Source: a virus
Direction: 5' to 3' (one strand)
DNA length: 64,000 bases
IMG/VR virus record: IMGVR_UViG_3300042888_001055
The position numbers were made by a program, and so were the translations under genes. This document shows positions 43,701-52,097 of the stretch, one piece after another (position 1 is the stretch's first letter; each line of letters opens with the position of its first letter). The notes below the pieces were generated by a model that was given only the letters and a program-made list of their open reading frames with translations, was not told the origin of the DNA and searched no databases.

Positions 43701-46700
43701 AAGTATTTCCAGCAATATTTAAACTAACCTGATTCAAATCATCTAATCCATCAGTAACATATGTACTAGTAGTCCATCCGTTATACGCAACATTAGTTGT
43801 TAAGTCACTATCAGATGGTGTACCTAATGGAATAAGATTACCTGTAACTCCGGCTATGCTACCACCGCTAATCCAAGACAGGTTACCGGTGCCGTCAGTA
43901 CCTAATACGTATCCAGTAACTCCTCCAGTAATATGTACATTAGTAACATTACCCAATGCTACATTAGCTGTGTTTGCAAAATTTATATTACCAGTAGATG
44001 TTAAACCAGTTAGATTGCCCACGCTTGTTAAATTACTAGTAGTAATATTTGAATTTAATGTTGTGCCTGATAAGTTAGCGGCATTAGCAGTAATTGCTAC
44101 ATTACTTGCGGCAGTTAACTGACCTTGTGGATTAACCGTAAATGTAGCAACAGCATCGCCGTCACCATATGAACCAGCCGTTACTGCTGTATTAGATATA
44201 CTAAATTCAGTACCATTTAATGTTAAACCAGTGCCTGCTGTGTATGAACCTGCACCAGAGAACTGAACAAATATAATTGGTGTTGTGCCCATTGTAACTG
44301 GTGAGTTTGTTGTACAGACCCAACCAGTATCAGCTAATGTTGTACCATGCTCAACAAAAGTAAATGCTCCTGGAATTTCACCACTCGGTGAACCGTTGTC
44401 AAAATCAGTAGTTCTAGTTAATACAAAAACTGAACTAGCACTTCCTGGATCAGTAACTAGATAGATACCGTTATAAGGATCATTTGCCCCTGTTTCATTT
44501 TTAATTAATACACGACTGTTAATACTTGGATAACCACTATCAAGTGTTAATTCTCCATTACTAGTTGCAGTAATAGTTGCCCCGACACCGCTTGCTCCGT
44601 TATTATATGTATATGCTGGAAGTGCTGTTGTACTAGCATAGGTTACAGATGCCTTAGGATCTAGGCCTTGTGCAACTAAATCAACATATTGTTTTGTTGC
44701 GGCATCTTGATTATTTACAGGTTCAGCAAGACTTGTAATGTTCCTGTTGTTCATGTTTACATTGGCGCCAAAACTACCTGCACCAGTAGCAATTAAATTA
44801 GTTGTTCCTAAATTAGCAACATTAGCATTACCAGTAAAGGTAGCTGTATTACCCGTTAAATCAAACGCAAAATTAGCATAGTTTGCTTTTACTAAGTTAC
44901 CTAAATTAGCATTTGCTGAAGTTAAATTGCCACTAAAATTAGCAATATTACCATTGACTTCATATGCAACGTTTACATAATTAGCTATTGCCAAGTTACC
45001 TAGATTAGCATTTAATGAAGTTAAATTACCAATAAAGGTAGCAGTATTGCCTTCAAGGTGATAAGAGACATTTACATAATTTGCTGTTGCTAGATTACCT
45101 AAATTAGCGTTACCTGAGGTAAGATTAGCAGTAATATTTGCATTACCGTTTACTAGTATTCCAGTAGATGAAATAACAACTACATTACTAACAGTGTCTG
45201 AACTTATATTAATATTTGCATTTGCATCTACTATAATGCTACTACTACCATTTACGATACTAGCTGTATTAGAATTACCTGTACCTATTACAGTAAACGT
45301 ACCACCTAATGGGTTTGTTAATGTAATTCCGTTTGACCCTGACGTAATAGTAGATCCGTTTAGGTCAATTGTATTACCTGATATATATAAATCATTCCAA
45401 CGTTGTGTTGGACTACCTAAATTGTATGTTAGATTAGAACTTGGTACTAAATTTCCAGCAACAGTTAAATTAGATTCTGTTACAGTTAATGTTGTGCTAC
45501 CATTAGCAGTAAGAGTTATATTACCGTTTACTAACGGAATTTCTACATAACTATTACCATTGGCAAATCTACCTATAAAATTACTAGCAGTTACATTGCC
45601 AGTTGCAGTAATATTTCCGCCAATTATAACAACATTAGATACTAGATTACCTATAGTTAAATCTGTTAAATTACCTACGCTAGTAATGTTTGATTGATTA
45701 CTTGCGGTAACATAACCAGAGAAAGATGAATAGTTTGCATTTGCTACATCTCCGGTAACATTAGCACCTTGGATATTACTTAAATTGTTTCCTGATCCAA
45801 TAAAGAAATTTGCAGTTACTGCATTACCTAAATTAGCATTTAACGAAATTAAATTACCACTGAAGTTAGCTATATTACCATTTAGATCATATACAACATT
45901 TACATAATTAGCGGTAGCTAAATTACCTAAATTAGCATTATTAAATTGTGTATTTCCTAATACTGTTAATAAATTAGTAGTATTATTGAATGTTAGATTA
46001 GCACTGGCACCAAATTCACTATTATCATTAAATTGAAGTTGTGTGTTATTTCCGGCTGGGTTTCCACCTAAATCCCAAGGACTACCATTTGAATATAATA
46101 AATTATCTGTACGTAAATTACCTACGTTTGCTGTATCAGTTACAAACAAATTGCTTGAAACGTTTACAAAGTTTGCTGTTAGTAGATTACCTAAATTAGC
46201 ATTACCCGAAGTGATATTACCATCAACTGTTAAACTTGTTAAGTTGCCAACACTTGTAATATTAGGTTGAGCATTTGTATATACTGTACCTGCAACTAAT
46301 GCATTGGCTGCTTGACCGGTAACATTGGCTCCATTAATTGATGATAATCCAGAACCGTTTCCTGTAATATTAGTAACAGATAGTGTATTAGTATTGTAAT
46401 CAAATGTAAAGTTTGCGCTAGCACTAAATGCGTTATTATTATTAAATTGAACTTGTGTATTACTACCAGCCGCATTAGTTGTGAATACGTAGGGTGTACC
46501 ATTTGCATATAAAATACTATCTGTTTTAAGAGTACCTGTAGTAGTATTACCCTGAACGGTTATTCCCTCAGTAGTGATAATAGCTACATTAGATGTGCCA
46601 TTTACACTGGCTGTAATATTACCACCAACTGTTGCAATATCTACATTACTATTACCATTACTAATGGCTGATCCGGTACCAGGAGGTGACCATTGAATTA

Positions 46701-47088
46701 CGCCATTACCGTCTGTAGTTAATAAATATCCAGAACTACCACCTGTAATTGTTATGTTAGATACTGGTCCTAAATTACTTAACCTAGTAACGTTTATGCT
46801 TGGAACTGTAAGTAGATTAGTTGCAGCCTCAAATGTTAAATTTGCACTACCGTCAAACTGTCCATTACTATTATATTGTAAGCTATTATTAGGACCAAAT
46901 GGGTTTCCACCTGCATTAAAAGGTCTTCCATTGGCATAATAATAATTAGCGGCATATACACTATGTACAGCCACGTTACCATTGGCATTTAATACGTTAG
47001 TAATTATATTGCCATTGGCATCAATTACTGGTACAGGTGGTATACCTACTGAGTATCCACCGAACGAATTAAAGTTATCTACTGCCAT
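40756..47088 (-). CDS. Very large fibre or structural protein (2110 aa) with PKD-like domains
   Basis: Stalk repeats, then YLWNFGDGTTST..NPTKTY, NYGDGN, RWGDGT and WSWGDTT PKD-like motifs. Confidence 0.8.
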   Translation of the reverse strand: MAVDNFNSFGGYSVGIPPVPVIDANGNIITNVLNANGNVAVHSVYAANYYYANGRPFNAGGNPFGPNNSLQYNSNGQFDGSANLTFEAATNLLTVPSINVTRLSNLGPVSNITITGGSSGYLLTTDGNGVIQWSPPGTGSAISNGNSNVDIATVGGNITASVNGTSNVAIITTEGITVQGNTTTGTLKTDSILYANGTPYVFTTNAAGSNTQVQFNNNNAFSASANFTFDYNTNTLSVTNITGNGSGLSSINGANVTGQAANALVAGTVYTNAQPNITSVGNLTSLTVDGNITSGNANLGNLLTANFVNVSSNLFVTDTANVGNLRTDNLLYSNGSPWDLGGNPAGNNTQLQFNDNSEFGASANLTFNNTTNLLTVLGNTQFNNANLGNLATANYVNVVYDLNGNIANFSGNLISLNANLGNAVTANFFIGSGNNLSNIQGANVTGDVANANYSSFSGYVTASNQSNITSVGNLTDLTIGNLVSNVVIIGGNITATGNVTASNFIGRFANGNSYVEIPLVNGNITLTANGSTTLTVTESNLTVAGNLVPSSNLTYNLGSPTQRWNDLYISGNTIDLNGSTITSGSNGITLTNPLGGTFTVIGTGNSNTASIVNGSSSIIVDANANINISSDTVSNVVVISSTGILVNGNANITANLTSGNANLGNLATANYVNVSYHLEGNTATFIGNLTSLNANLGNLAIANYVNVAYEVNGNIANFSGNLTSANANLGNLVKANYANFAFDLTGNTATFTGNANVANLGTTNLIATGAGSFGANVNMNNRNITSLAEPVNNQDAATKQYVDLVAQGLDPKASVTYASTTALPAYTYNNGASGVGATITATSNGELTLDSGYPSINSRVLIKNETGANDPYNGIYLVTDPGSASSVFVLTRTTDFDNGSPSGEIPGAFTFVEHGTTLADTGWVCTTNSPVTMGTTPIIFVQFSGAGSYTAGTGLTLNGTEFSISNTAVTAGSYGDGDAVATFTVNPQGQLTAASNVAITANAANLSGTTLNSNITTSNLTSVGNLTGLTSTGNINFANTANVALGNVTNVHITGGVTGYVLGTDGTGNLSWISGGSIAGVTGNLIPLGTPSDSDLTTNVAYNGWTTSTYVTDGLDDLNQVSLNIAGNTFVGNIYIGANVTSGPSPLSVAFTGNYIGNPTNYLWNFGDGTTSTLRNPTKTYSNVLGGQFTVTFTAFNVNGTYGGNAANGAKGSTATSINTNFITLFTPLPIPSFTASPTSLDTGSNVTLTNTSLYATSFTINYGDGNTAVNPGNSWTTDSHQYINSANVDSIYGINLTGTNQTAGNAPPYSVTTANTNVKVYSPQSPAFTANSTSTINYLATSGGVISFRNDTPGSPGNTASFGAQQLYNFRWGDGTANSNINIQTGLAGNPGAANITHAFALSSVQQNAATTVSYVANLSLYTGFSTSPFISSNITITVEPEVRANFTGTANTQTDATGYTSNAQVGYLFTDYLGRDRSLFNFSNDTSPNVNFTGNVFNWSWGDTTSNSGVTSRANITHSYLNDYGSPTIGGKTVALQANGTPGTTLQSNTNTKTNYITILANPTAPSNLSSFTNVTIATASQGTSPLLAAGAADNTGGNILANGTAVTRIATTTPVSTSTQVTNANTALTGTLTAYVNNAEAGNTSFSTSGNAVGTYSSLVVSADRDLHVANTAVPTGFYKVFSATISNTLASLGNGYNDFQLRHSTTGNTNTIGMVKDNLNSAPTLVTTNTAMVTATSGTFRYISGIPYYSATGSPAITVANLELQNFTGQTFRSADPFTVASGTSYEGSGSVISTQTKTLAQIDNSANSMLTGSNVKANIGISTNYSMGNLNVLVNGAVNGVSTLAANIFNVVGTSTTIQLPTKIQMYAGANSGFNEANIPANVASNTQPAIRIVMSTAGNTPVFSNNTNYYTSNVWSGAQTIAGTPEAVVRYGVLKHYAVDLSTGYLPIGPDLATGRSGLQYFTFAFVRTSLANFDIILTTGSTGISGLWVAAPGTTIDKGGFASPTPGFPGPTSTINGWLTGYEQYNGAGVPGNSATGGNPAGTNGCALTGSDVIPLNTQITNVRYTMTLGSQNQANSFGNNILIRIALAAGQTITDLQIGVAT

Positions 47089-47115
47089 CTAGTATCCTGA
47101 ATAATAGTTATTATA

Positions 47116-47181
47116 TATTTATCTTTTCCTAGTCAGTAAAAAGCATGAAAAAAGCACCCTGGAGATCTTTTTCTCTAAATA
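47116..47181. promoter_or_regulatory. Divergent putative late promoters (ATAAATA minus 47122-47116; CTAAATA plus 47175-47181)
   Basis: Motifs face the genes starting at 47088 (-) and 47186 (+). Confidence 0.6.
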
Positions 47182-47185
47182 CAAT

Positions 47186-47551
47186 ATGTTAACAAGACAA
47201 CCATCAAGACCACTATGTGAAAATTGTAAAGTAACATTGGCAAAGGCTAATGGTATAAGCAAACATGGCTTTAATAAATGGCACAAGTATTGTGTTGAAT
47301 GTAGTAAAGCCGCATACAATCCAAAGCACGGTTATCTATTACATAAGAAAAATAAATGTGAGAAGTGTGGTTTTATACCAGAAGATAAATGTCAACTTGA
47401 TATTGTTTATAAAGATAACAATAAAAAGAATAAAGAAAAAAGTAACTTGAAAACACTATGTGCCAATTGTAATAGAGTGTACCAAAAAAAATTAAAAGAA
47501 AAACAAAAATCTATATTAGATATTACTGTTGACACTGACTATACGTTATAG
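47186..47551 (+). CDS. Zinc-binding protein with a degenerate HNH-like domain
   Basis: Four CxxC pairs (CENC, CVEC, CEKC, CANC); QLDIVYKDNNKKNKEKSNLKTLCANCNR has HNH spacing but lacks the His residues. Confidence 0.7.
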   Translation: MLTRQPSRPLCENCKVTLAKANGISKHGFNKWHKYCVECSKAAYNPKHGYLLHKKNKCEKCGFIPEDKCQLDIVYKDNNKKNKEKSNLKTLCANCNRVYQKKLKEKQKSILDITVDTDYTL

Positions 47552-48475
47552 ATTACCAGTGTCTGTTGATGGGAACGCTCTGCCCTCTCCCCATATAATT
47601 CGTACTGCACCCGGGCCGCCTCTTCCAGCATTAGTATTTTGGGCGCCACCTTGTCTGCCCCCGGCGCCACCTCCTCCGTAATAACCACCCATTTGATAAG
47701 TGGTCTCTGGGTAATTAGCGGCAGTGTAAGCAGGATTTTGACCTTGTCCATATGGATATCCAGCGCCTCCGCTAGATCCACCGGCGCCTGCAGCACGGCT
47801 ACCGACTCCCCCTGCTCCATTAGATCCTTGACCATATATACCAACACCACCGCCCGGCCCACCTGACAGGACACTGCCGCTAGCTCCACTAGCTCCTCCA
47901 CCTCCACCTCCACCTGTACCGGCGGCGCCGTTAACGGCTGCACCACTCAAACCCGTGCCTCCATTACCACCATTACCAGAATATCCACCGGCGCCACCGG
48001 CACCTGGAAAATAATTTGTGGTGCCACCACTTCCGCCATTACCGCCTCCGTCGCCAGTATAGCCACCACCACCTCCACCTCCGCCAAAATTTGGAGTTGC
48101 TCCTCCTCCACCAGCGCCTAAAACTAAACTAGAATTATTAAACCAACTTGATTCGCCACCACCACCATTATAGTTTCCACCACTAAAGAACCCACCTCTT
48201 CCACCATTTCCAACTACAACAGTATAGCTTACACCCGGAGTTACTGCAATATTGTTTTTCCAACCTAGACCGCCACCTCCACCACCCGGCGCCCAATCAA
48301 CTGTAGTATTTGCTAACGCTCCGCCACCCCCGCCACCTACTGCTACTGCACAAACTGATGTTACATTAGGTGGACATACCCATGAATATGTCCCGACTGC
48401 AATAAATTCGGTCTGCGCAGGAGCTGTATATGTAACTGTTAATCCAGCTGGTAAAGTTATACCACTAATTATCAT
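47546..48475 (-). CDS. Glycine-rich putative adhesin
   Basis: GTYSWVCP..VTSVCAVAVGGGGGG, poly-Gly runs, GAVRIIWG..RAFPST. Confidence 0.8.
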   Translation of the reverse strand: MIISGITLPAGLTVTYTAPAQTEFIAVGTYSWVCPPNVTSVCAVAVGGGGGGALANTTVDWAPGGGGGGLGWKNNIAVTPGVSYTVVVGNGGRGGFFSGGNYNGGGGESSWFNNSSLVLGAGGGGATPNFGGGGGGGGYTGDGGGNGGSGGTTNYFPGAGGAGGYSGNGGNGGTGLSGAAVNGAAGTGGGGGGGASGASGSVLSGGPGGGVGIYGQGSNGAGGVGSRAAGAGGSSGGAGYPYGQGQNPAYTAANYPETTYQMGGYYGGGGAGGRQGGAQNTNAGRGGPGAVRIIWGEGRAFPSTDTGNL

Positions 48476-48519
48476 TATAAGTTACCAGTATTAGTTGATA
48501 CTTCAAATACTATTGGCAT
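48475..48519 (-). pseudogene. 14-codon chimeric mini-ORF MPIVFEVSTNTGNL (deletion scar)
   Basis: Preceded by the same intergenic/SD sequence as the propeller genes. Starts like them (MPIVFE) and ends like the Gly-rich gene (STDTGNL). Confidence 0.75.
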
Positions 48520-48546
48520 AATTGTTATTCCTTAAAAAATTGTTGC

Positions 48547-49488
48547 TTAACCGTAACTTGCGGCTGCTAGATAACCTCTTGCTGTACCAACACCAGTAAC
48601 ATCAGTACCTACTACACCCGTATTTGTTACTAGGTTAGTTATTGATTGCCGGCCGGCTCCGCCAGTAGTGCCATATCCAAATATAGCCTTATCAGTGCCA
48701 TAACCTGCAGCAGCTGGATATAATCTAGCAGTACCTACGCCAGTTGTATCATTAGCAACTACACCTGTGTTTGATACTAGATTGGTTATTGCTGTTACAC
48801 CACTATTGCCTTGTCCATATCCGAATATAGCTTTATCACTACCATATCCTGCAGCCGCTAATTGATTTCTAGCAGTACCAACTCCGGTAACATCTGTTGA
48901 AACTACACCGGTGTTTGATACTAAATTTGTCATTGATAGAACACCGGATGCATCACCATAACCAAATATAGCTTTATCACCGCCATAATCTGCGGCTGTT
49001 GGACCATTTCTAGCAGTACCAACACCTGCAGTATCATTAGATACTACACCTGTATTTGATACTAAATTGGTTATTGACTGATTGCTAGTACTATAGCCAT
49101 ATCCAAATATAGCTTTATCTGTACCATATCCGGCTGCCGCTAAACTATACCTAGCAGTACCAACACCAGCAGTATCATTTGCTACTACACCGGTATTTGA
49201 TACTAAATTGGTTACCGATTGATTAGTGTAAGTAGGAGGACCAAGTAGACCGTATCCAAATATAGCTTTATCTCCCCCATACCCGGCGGCTGCAAGAGCC
49301 CATCTAGCAGTACCTACGCCAGTTGTATCATTAGCAACTACACCTGTGTTTGATACTAAATTGGTTATTGATGTTGGTCCAGCACTTATATCACCGTAAC
49401 CAAATATAGCTTTTTTACCCACCGGCGCTACATATGGTTCAATACTAATCCCACCTGATATAGTTGCACCTTCAAATATTATTGGCAT
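48547..49488 (-). CDS. Six-repeat kelch-like beta-propeller protein, paralog 3
   Basis: Six ~48-aa repeats KAIFGYG-var-S(I/M)TNLVSNTGVVAxDTxGVGTAR-xx-LAAAGYG. Confidence 0.75.
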   Translation of the reverse strand: MPIIFEGATISGGISIEPYVAPVGKKAIFGYGDISAGPTSITNLVSNTGVVANDTTGVGTARWALAAAGYGGDKAIFGYGLLGPPTYTNQSVTNLVSNTGVVANDTAGVGTARYSLAAAGYGTDKAIFGYGYSTSNQSITNLVSNTGVVSNDTAGVGTARNGPTAADYGGDKAIFGYGDASGVLSMTNLVSNTGVVSTDVTGVGTARNQLAAAGYGSDKAIFGYGQGNSGVTAITNLVSNTGVVANDTTGVGTARLYPAAAGYGTDKAIFGYGTTGGAGRQSITNLVTNTGVVGTDVTGVGTARGYLAAASYG

Positions 49489-49515
49489 AATTGTTATTCC
49501 TTAAAAAATTGTTGG

Positions 49516-50457
49516 TTAACCGTAACTTGCGGCTGCTAATCCATATCTTGCAGTACCAACGCCTGTAGTATCTGTTGCTACTACACCGGTGTTTGATACT
49601 AAGTTGGTCATTGATAATCCATCACCACCACCTAAATAAGGATTATAACCATATCCAAAGATAGCTTTATCTGTGCCATAACCTGCGGCTGCAAGCCTTT
49701 CCCTAGCAGTACCTACTCCAGTTGTATCACTTGCAACTACTCCGGTATTTGATACTAGGTTGGTCATGGATAATTGAGAGCCAACACCATTGCCTCCATA
49801 ACCAAAAATAGCTTTATCAGTTCCATATCCGGCAGCGGAAGGATATTGTCTAGCAGTACCAACACCTGCTGTATCAGTTGCAACAACACCTGTATTAGTT
49901 ACTAGGTTAGTTATCGCTGTATTTGTCCCGGTATATCCATATCCAAATATAGCTTTATCAGTGCCATAACCTGCGGCTGCTAGATAATATCTAGCAGTAC
50001 CTACGCCTGTTGTATCAGTAGCAACAACTCCGGTGTTTGAAACTAAGTTAGTCATTGATACTGCTACAATAGTATATCCATATCCAAATATAGCTTTATC
50101 AGTACCATAACCAGCTCCCGCTAAAAGCCATCTAGAAGTACCAACACCTGCGGTATCTGTAGCTACTACTCCGGTATTTGATACTAGATTAGTTAGTGAT
50201 ACAGTAGTGCTACCATTATTTCCATATCCAAATATAGCTTTATCTGTGCCATAACCTGCGCCTGCAAGATATCGTCTAGCAGTACCAACACCTGTTGTAT
50301 CAGTTGCAACAACACCTGTATTACTTACTAGGTTGGTCATTGATACAACAACAGTTGTCAATCCATATCCAAATATAGCCTTACTACCCGCCGGTGGTAT
50401 ATACGGTTCAATGCTAATCCCACCCGATATAGTTGCACCTTCAAATACTATTGGCAT
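49516..50457 (-). CDS. Six-repeat kelch-like beta-propeller protein, paralog 2
   Basis: Same repeat unit, six copies. Confidence 0.75.
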   Translation of the reverse strand: MPIVFEGATISGGISIEPYIPPAGSKAIFGYGLTTVVVSMTNLVSNTGVVATDTTGVGTARRYLAGAGYGTDKAIFGYGNNGSTTVSLTNLVSNTGVVATDTAGVGTSRWLLAGAGYGTDKAIFGYGYTIVAVSMTNLVSNTGVVATDTTGVGTARYYLAAAGYGTDKAIFGYGYTGTNTAITNLVTNTGVVATDTAGVGTARQYPSAAGYGTDKAIFGYGGNGVGSQLSMTNLVSNTGVVASDTTGVGTARERLAAAGYGTDKAIFGYGYNPYLGGGDGLSMTNLVSNTGVVATDTTGVGTARYGLAAASYG

Positions 50458-50478
50458 AATTGTTATTCCTTAAAAAAT

Positions 50479-51399
50479 TTATGAGCCGTAACTTGCGGCT
50501 CCCACATAACCTCTTGCGGTACCAACTCCAGTAGTATCAGTAGCAACAACACCTGTATTTGACACTAGGTTGGTCATTGATTTATTAGTGTCTCCATATC
50601 CAAATATAGCTTGACCAGAACTACCAAAATTAGTGGCTGCAAGATAACCTCTAGCAGTACCAACTCCAGTAGTATCAGTAGCAACAACACCAGTGTTACT
50701 TACTAGGTTAGTCATAGAAACACCAGAAGCACTTGAGTTCAACCCATATCCAAATATAGCTTTGTCTGTGCCGTATCCTGCCGCAGCTAATCCAAATCTA
50801 GCAGTACCGACTCCAGTGGTATTATTAGCAACGACACCTGTGTTGCTTACTAAGTTGGTTATTGATACTCCAGTAGGGAATGAGGTAGTTCCGTATCCAA
50901 AAATAGCTTTGTCTGTGCCGTATCTTGCGGCTGCTAGTTCACTTCTAGCAGTACCGACTCCAGTAGTATCAGTAGCAACAACACCAGTGTTACTTACTAA
51001 ATTTGTTACTGACGTACCAAATCCATATCCAAATATAGCTTTATCTGTTCCATAACCAGCGGCCGCTGGATAAGCTCTAGCAGTACCAACTCCAGTAGTA
51101 TCAGTAGCAACTATCCCTGCATTACTTACTTTGTTGGTCATTGATACTTGAACACCTGTATTTCCATATCCAAAAATAGCTTTATCACCTCCGTAACCAG
51201 CGGCTCCCACTCCATATCTAGCAGTACCAACTCCAGTTGTATCTGCGGCTACTACACCTGTGTTTGATACTAAGTTAGTCATTGACAGATTAGAACCATT
51301 ATACCCATATCCAAATATAGCTCGTATTCCAGCCGGTGGTATGTATGGCTCAATACTAATCCCACCCGATATAGTTGCACCTTCAAATATTATTGGCAT
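50479..51399 (-). CDS. Six-repeat kelch-like beta-propeller protein, paralog 1
   Basis: Same repeat unit, six copies; CTAAATA promoter motif at 51425-51419. Confidence 0.75.
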   Translation of the reverse strand: MPIIFEGATISGGISIEPYIPPAGIRAIFGYGYNGSNLSMTNLVSNTGVVAADTTGVGTARYGVGAAGYGGDKAIFGYGNTGVQVSMTNKVSNAGIVATDTTGVGTARAYPAAAGYGTDKAIFGYGFGTSVTNLVSNTGVVATDTTGVGTARSELAAARYGTDKAIFGYGTTSFPTGVSITNLVSNTGVVANNTTGVGTARFGLAAAGYGTDKAIFGYGLNSSASGVSMTNLVSNTGVVATDTTGVGTARGYLAATNFGSSGQAIFGYGDTNKSMTNLVSNTGVVATDTTGVGTARGYVGAASYGS

Positions 51400-51484
51400 A
51401 TTATGTTATCCTTTATGTTATTTAGCAAAAAAACATAGTATACTAATAAGCTATTACTATATGTGTAAGACATTTTTAGCCAAC

Positions 51485-51509
51485 AAAAAAGCACTACGAA
51501 TAGTGCTTT
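51485..51509 (-). terminator. Intrinsic terminator
   Basis: AAAGCACTA-TTCG-TAGTGCTTT running into a T tract on the minus strand. Confidence 0.8.
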
Positions 51510-51538
51510 ATTGTAACTTCCCATCCCAAGGGTTGATT

Positions 51539-52078
51539 TTAATCTCTATCGTCACTCATACCTACATAGTATAATAACGTTAAACCATATATGATACACA
51601 TTAATGGCAATCCATAATTAATAAGCATTGCAGGTAAACGCTCATCAGCTAACATACTATTAACCATGGTAGGATCATTCACAGGTGTTGCCATGATGTG
51701 TGCCATAGTATCATATATTTTATTCAATACTAAGTAAGCACTACCACCTAACACACCTAAACCACCGGCAATTGTTTTACCCATATTGTTTCCAAATCCT
51801 TCAGAAATTCCTGAACCAGCATCAGCTTTGGCTAGTGCTTCAGTTTTCTTTTTAGCTTCTTCAGCACTTTTACTAGTTTTCAAAATGTTAATTAATTCAT
51901 TTTTTCTACTCTGTGCTTGTTTATATGCTTGTTGCGCTTTAGGAGATGAGGCTAAAAACTTATCTAATAAACCTGATACTTTTGATTGTAACCATTCTCC
52001 AATACCCTCATCAAGTTGTTGTTGTTCACTTGCTTCATTGATGAGGTCTATGTAATTTCTAAATAAGTCCGTACTCAT
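51539..52078 (-). CDS. Hypothetical protein with two hydrophobic segments and prohead-protease-like LxE sites
   Basis: YIDLINE, QQLDEG and GISEG motifs; hydrophobic IAGGLGVLGGSAYLVL and LINYGLPLMCIIYGLTLLYYVGM; AAGGA SD; ATAAATA at 52101-52095. Confidence 0.7.
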   Translation of the reverse strand: MSTDLFRNYIDLINEASEQQQLDEGIGEWLQSKVSGLLDKFLASSPKAQQAYKQAQSRKNELINILKTSKSAEEAKKKTEALAKADAGSGISEGFGNNMGKTIAGGLGVLGGSAYLVLNKIYDTMAHIMATPVNDPTMVNSMLADERLPAMLINYGLPLMCIIYGLTLLYYVGMSDDRD

Positions 52079-52097
52079 AATAATTCCTTTAATATAT

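Noticed and set aside
181-46939. Many plus-strand ORFs rich in Leu/Pro/Val (e.g. 1261-2436, 391 aa; 32029-33090, 353 aa)
   Set aside because: They are antisense shadows of the Asn/Gly/Thr-rich minus-strand genes, whose codon usage gives few stops on the opposite strand, and they carry no recognisable motifs.
48547-51399. CRISPR-like appearance of regularly spaced DNA repeats
   Set aside because: The repeats are in-frame protein repeats of ~145 nt that vary at synonymous positions; no cas genes and no unique spacers of constant length.
6768-51399. Diversity-generating retroelement acting on the tip proteins
   Set aside because: No reverse transcriptase in the window, no non-coding template repeat seen, and paralog differences include indels and are not adenine-specific.
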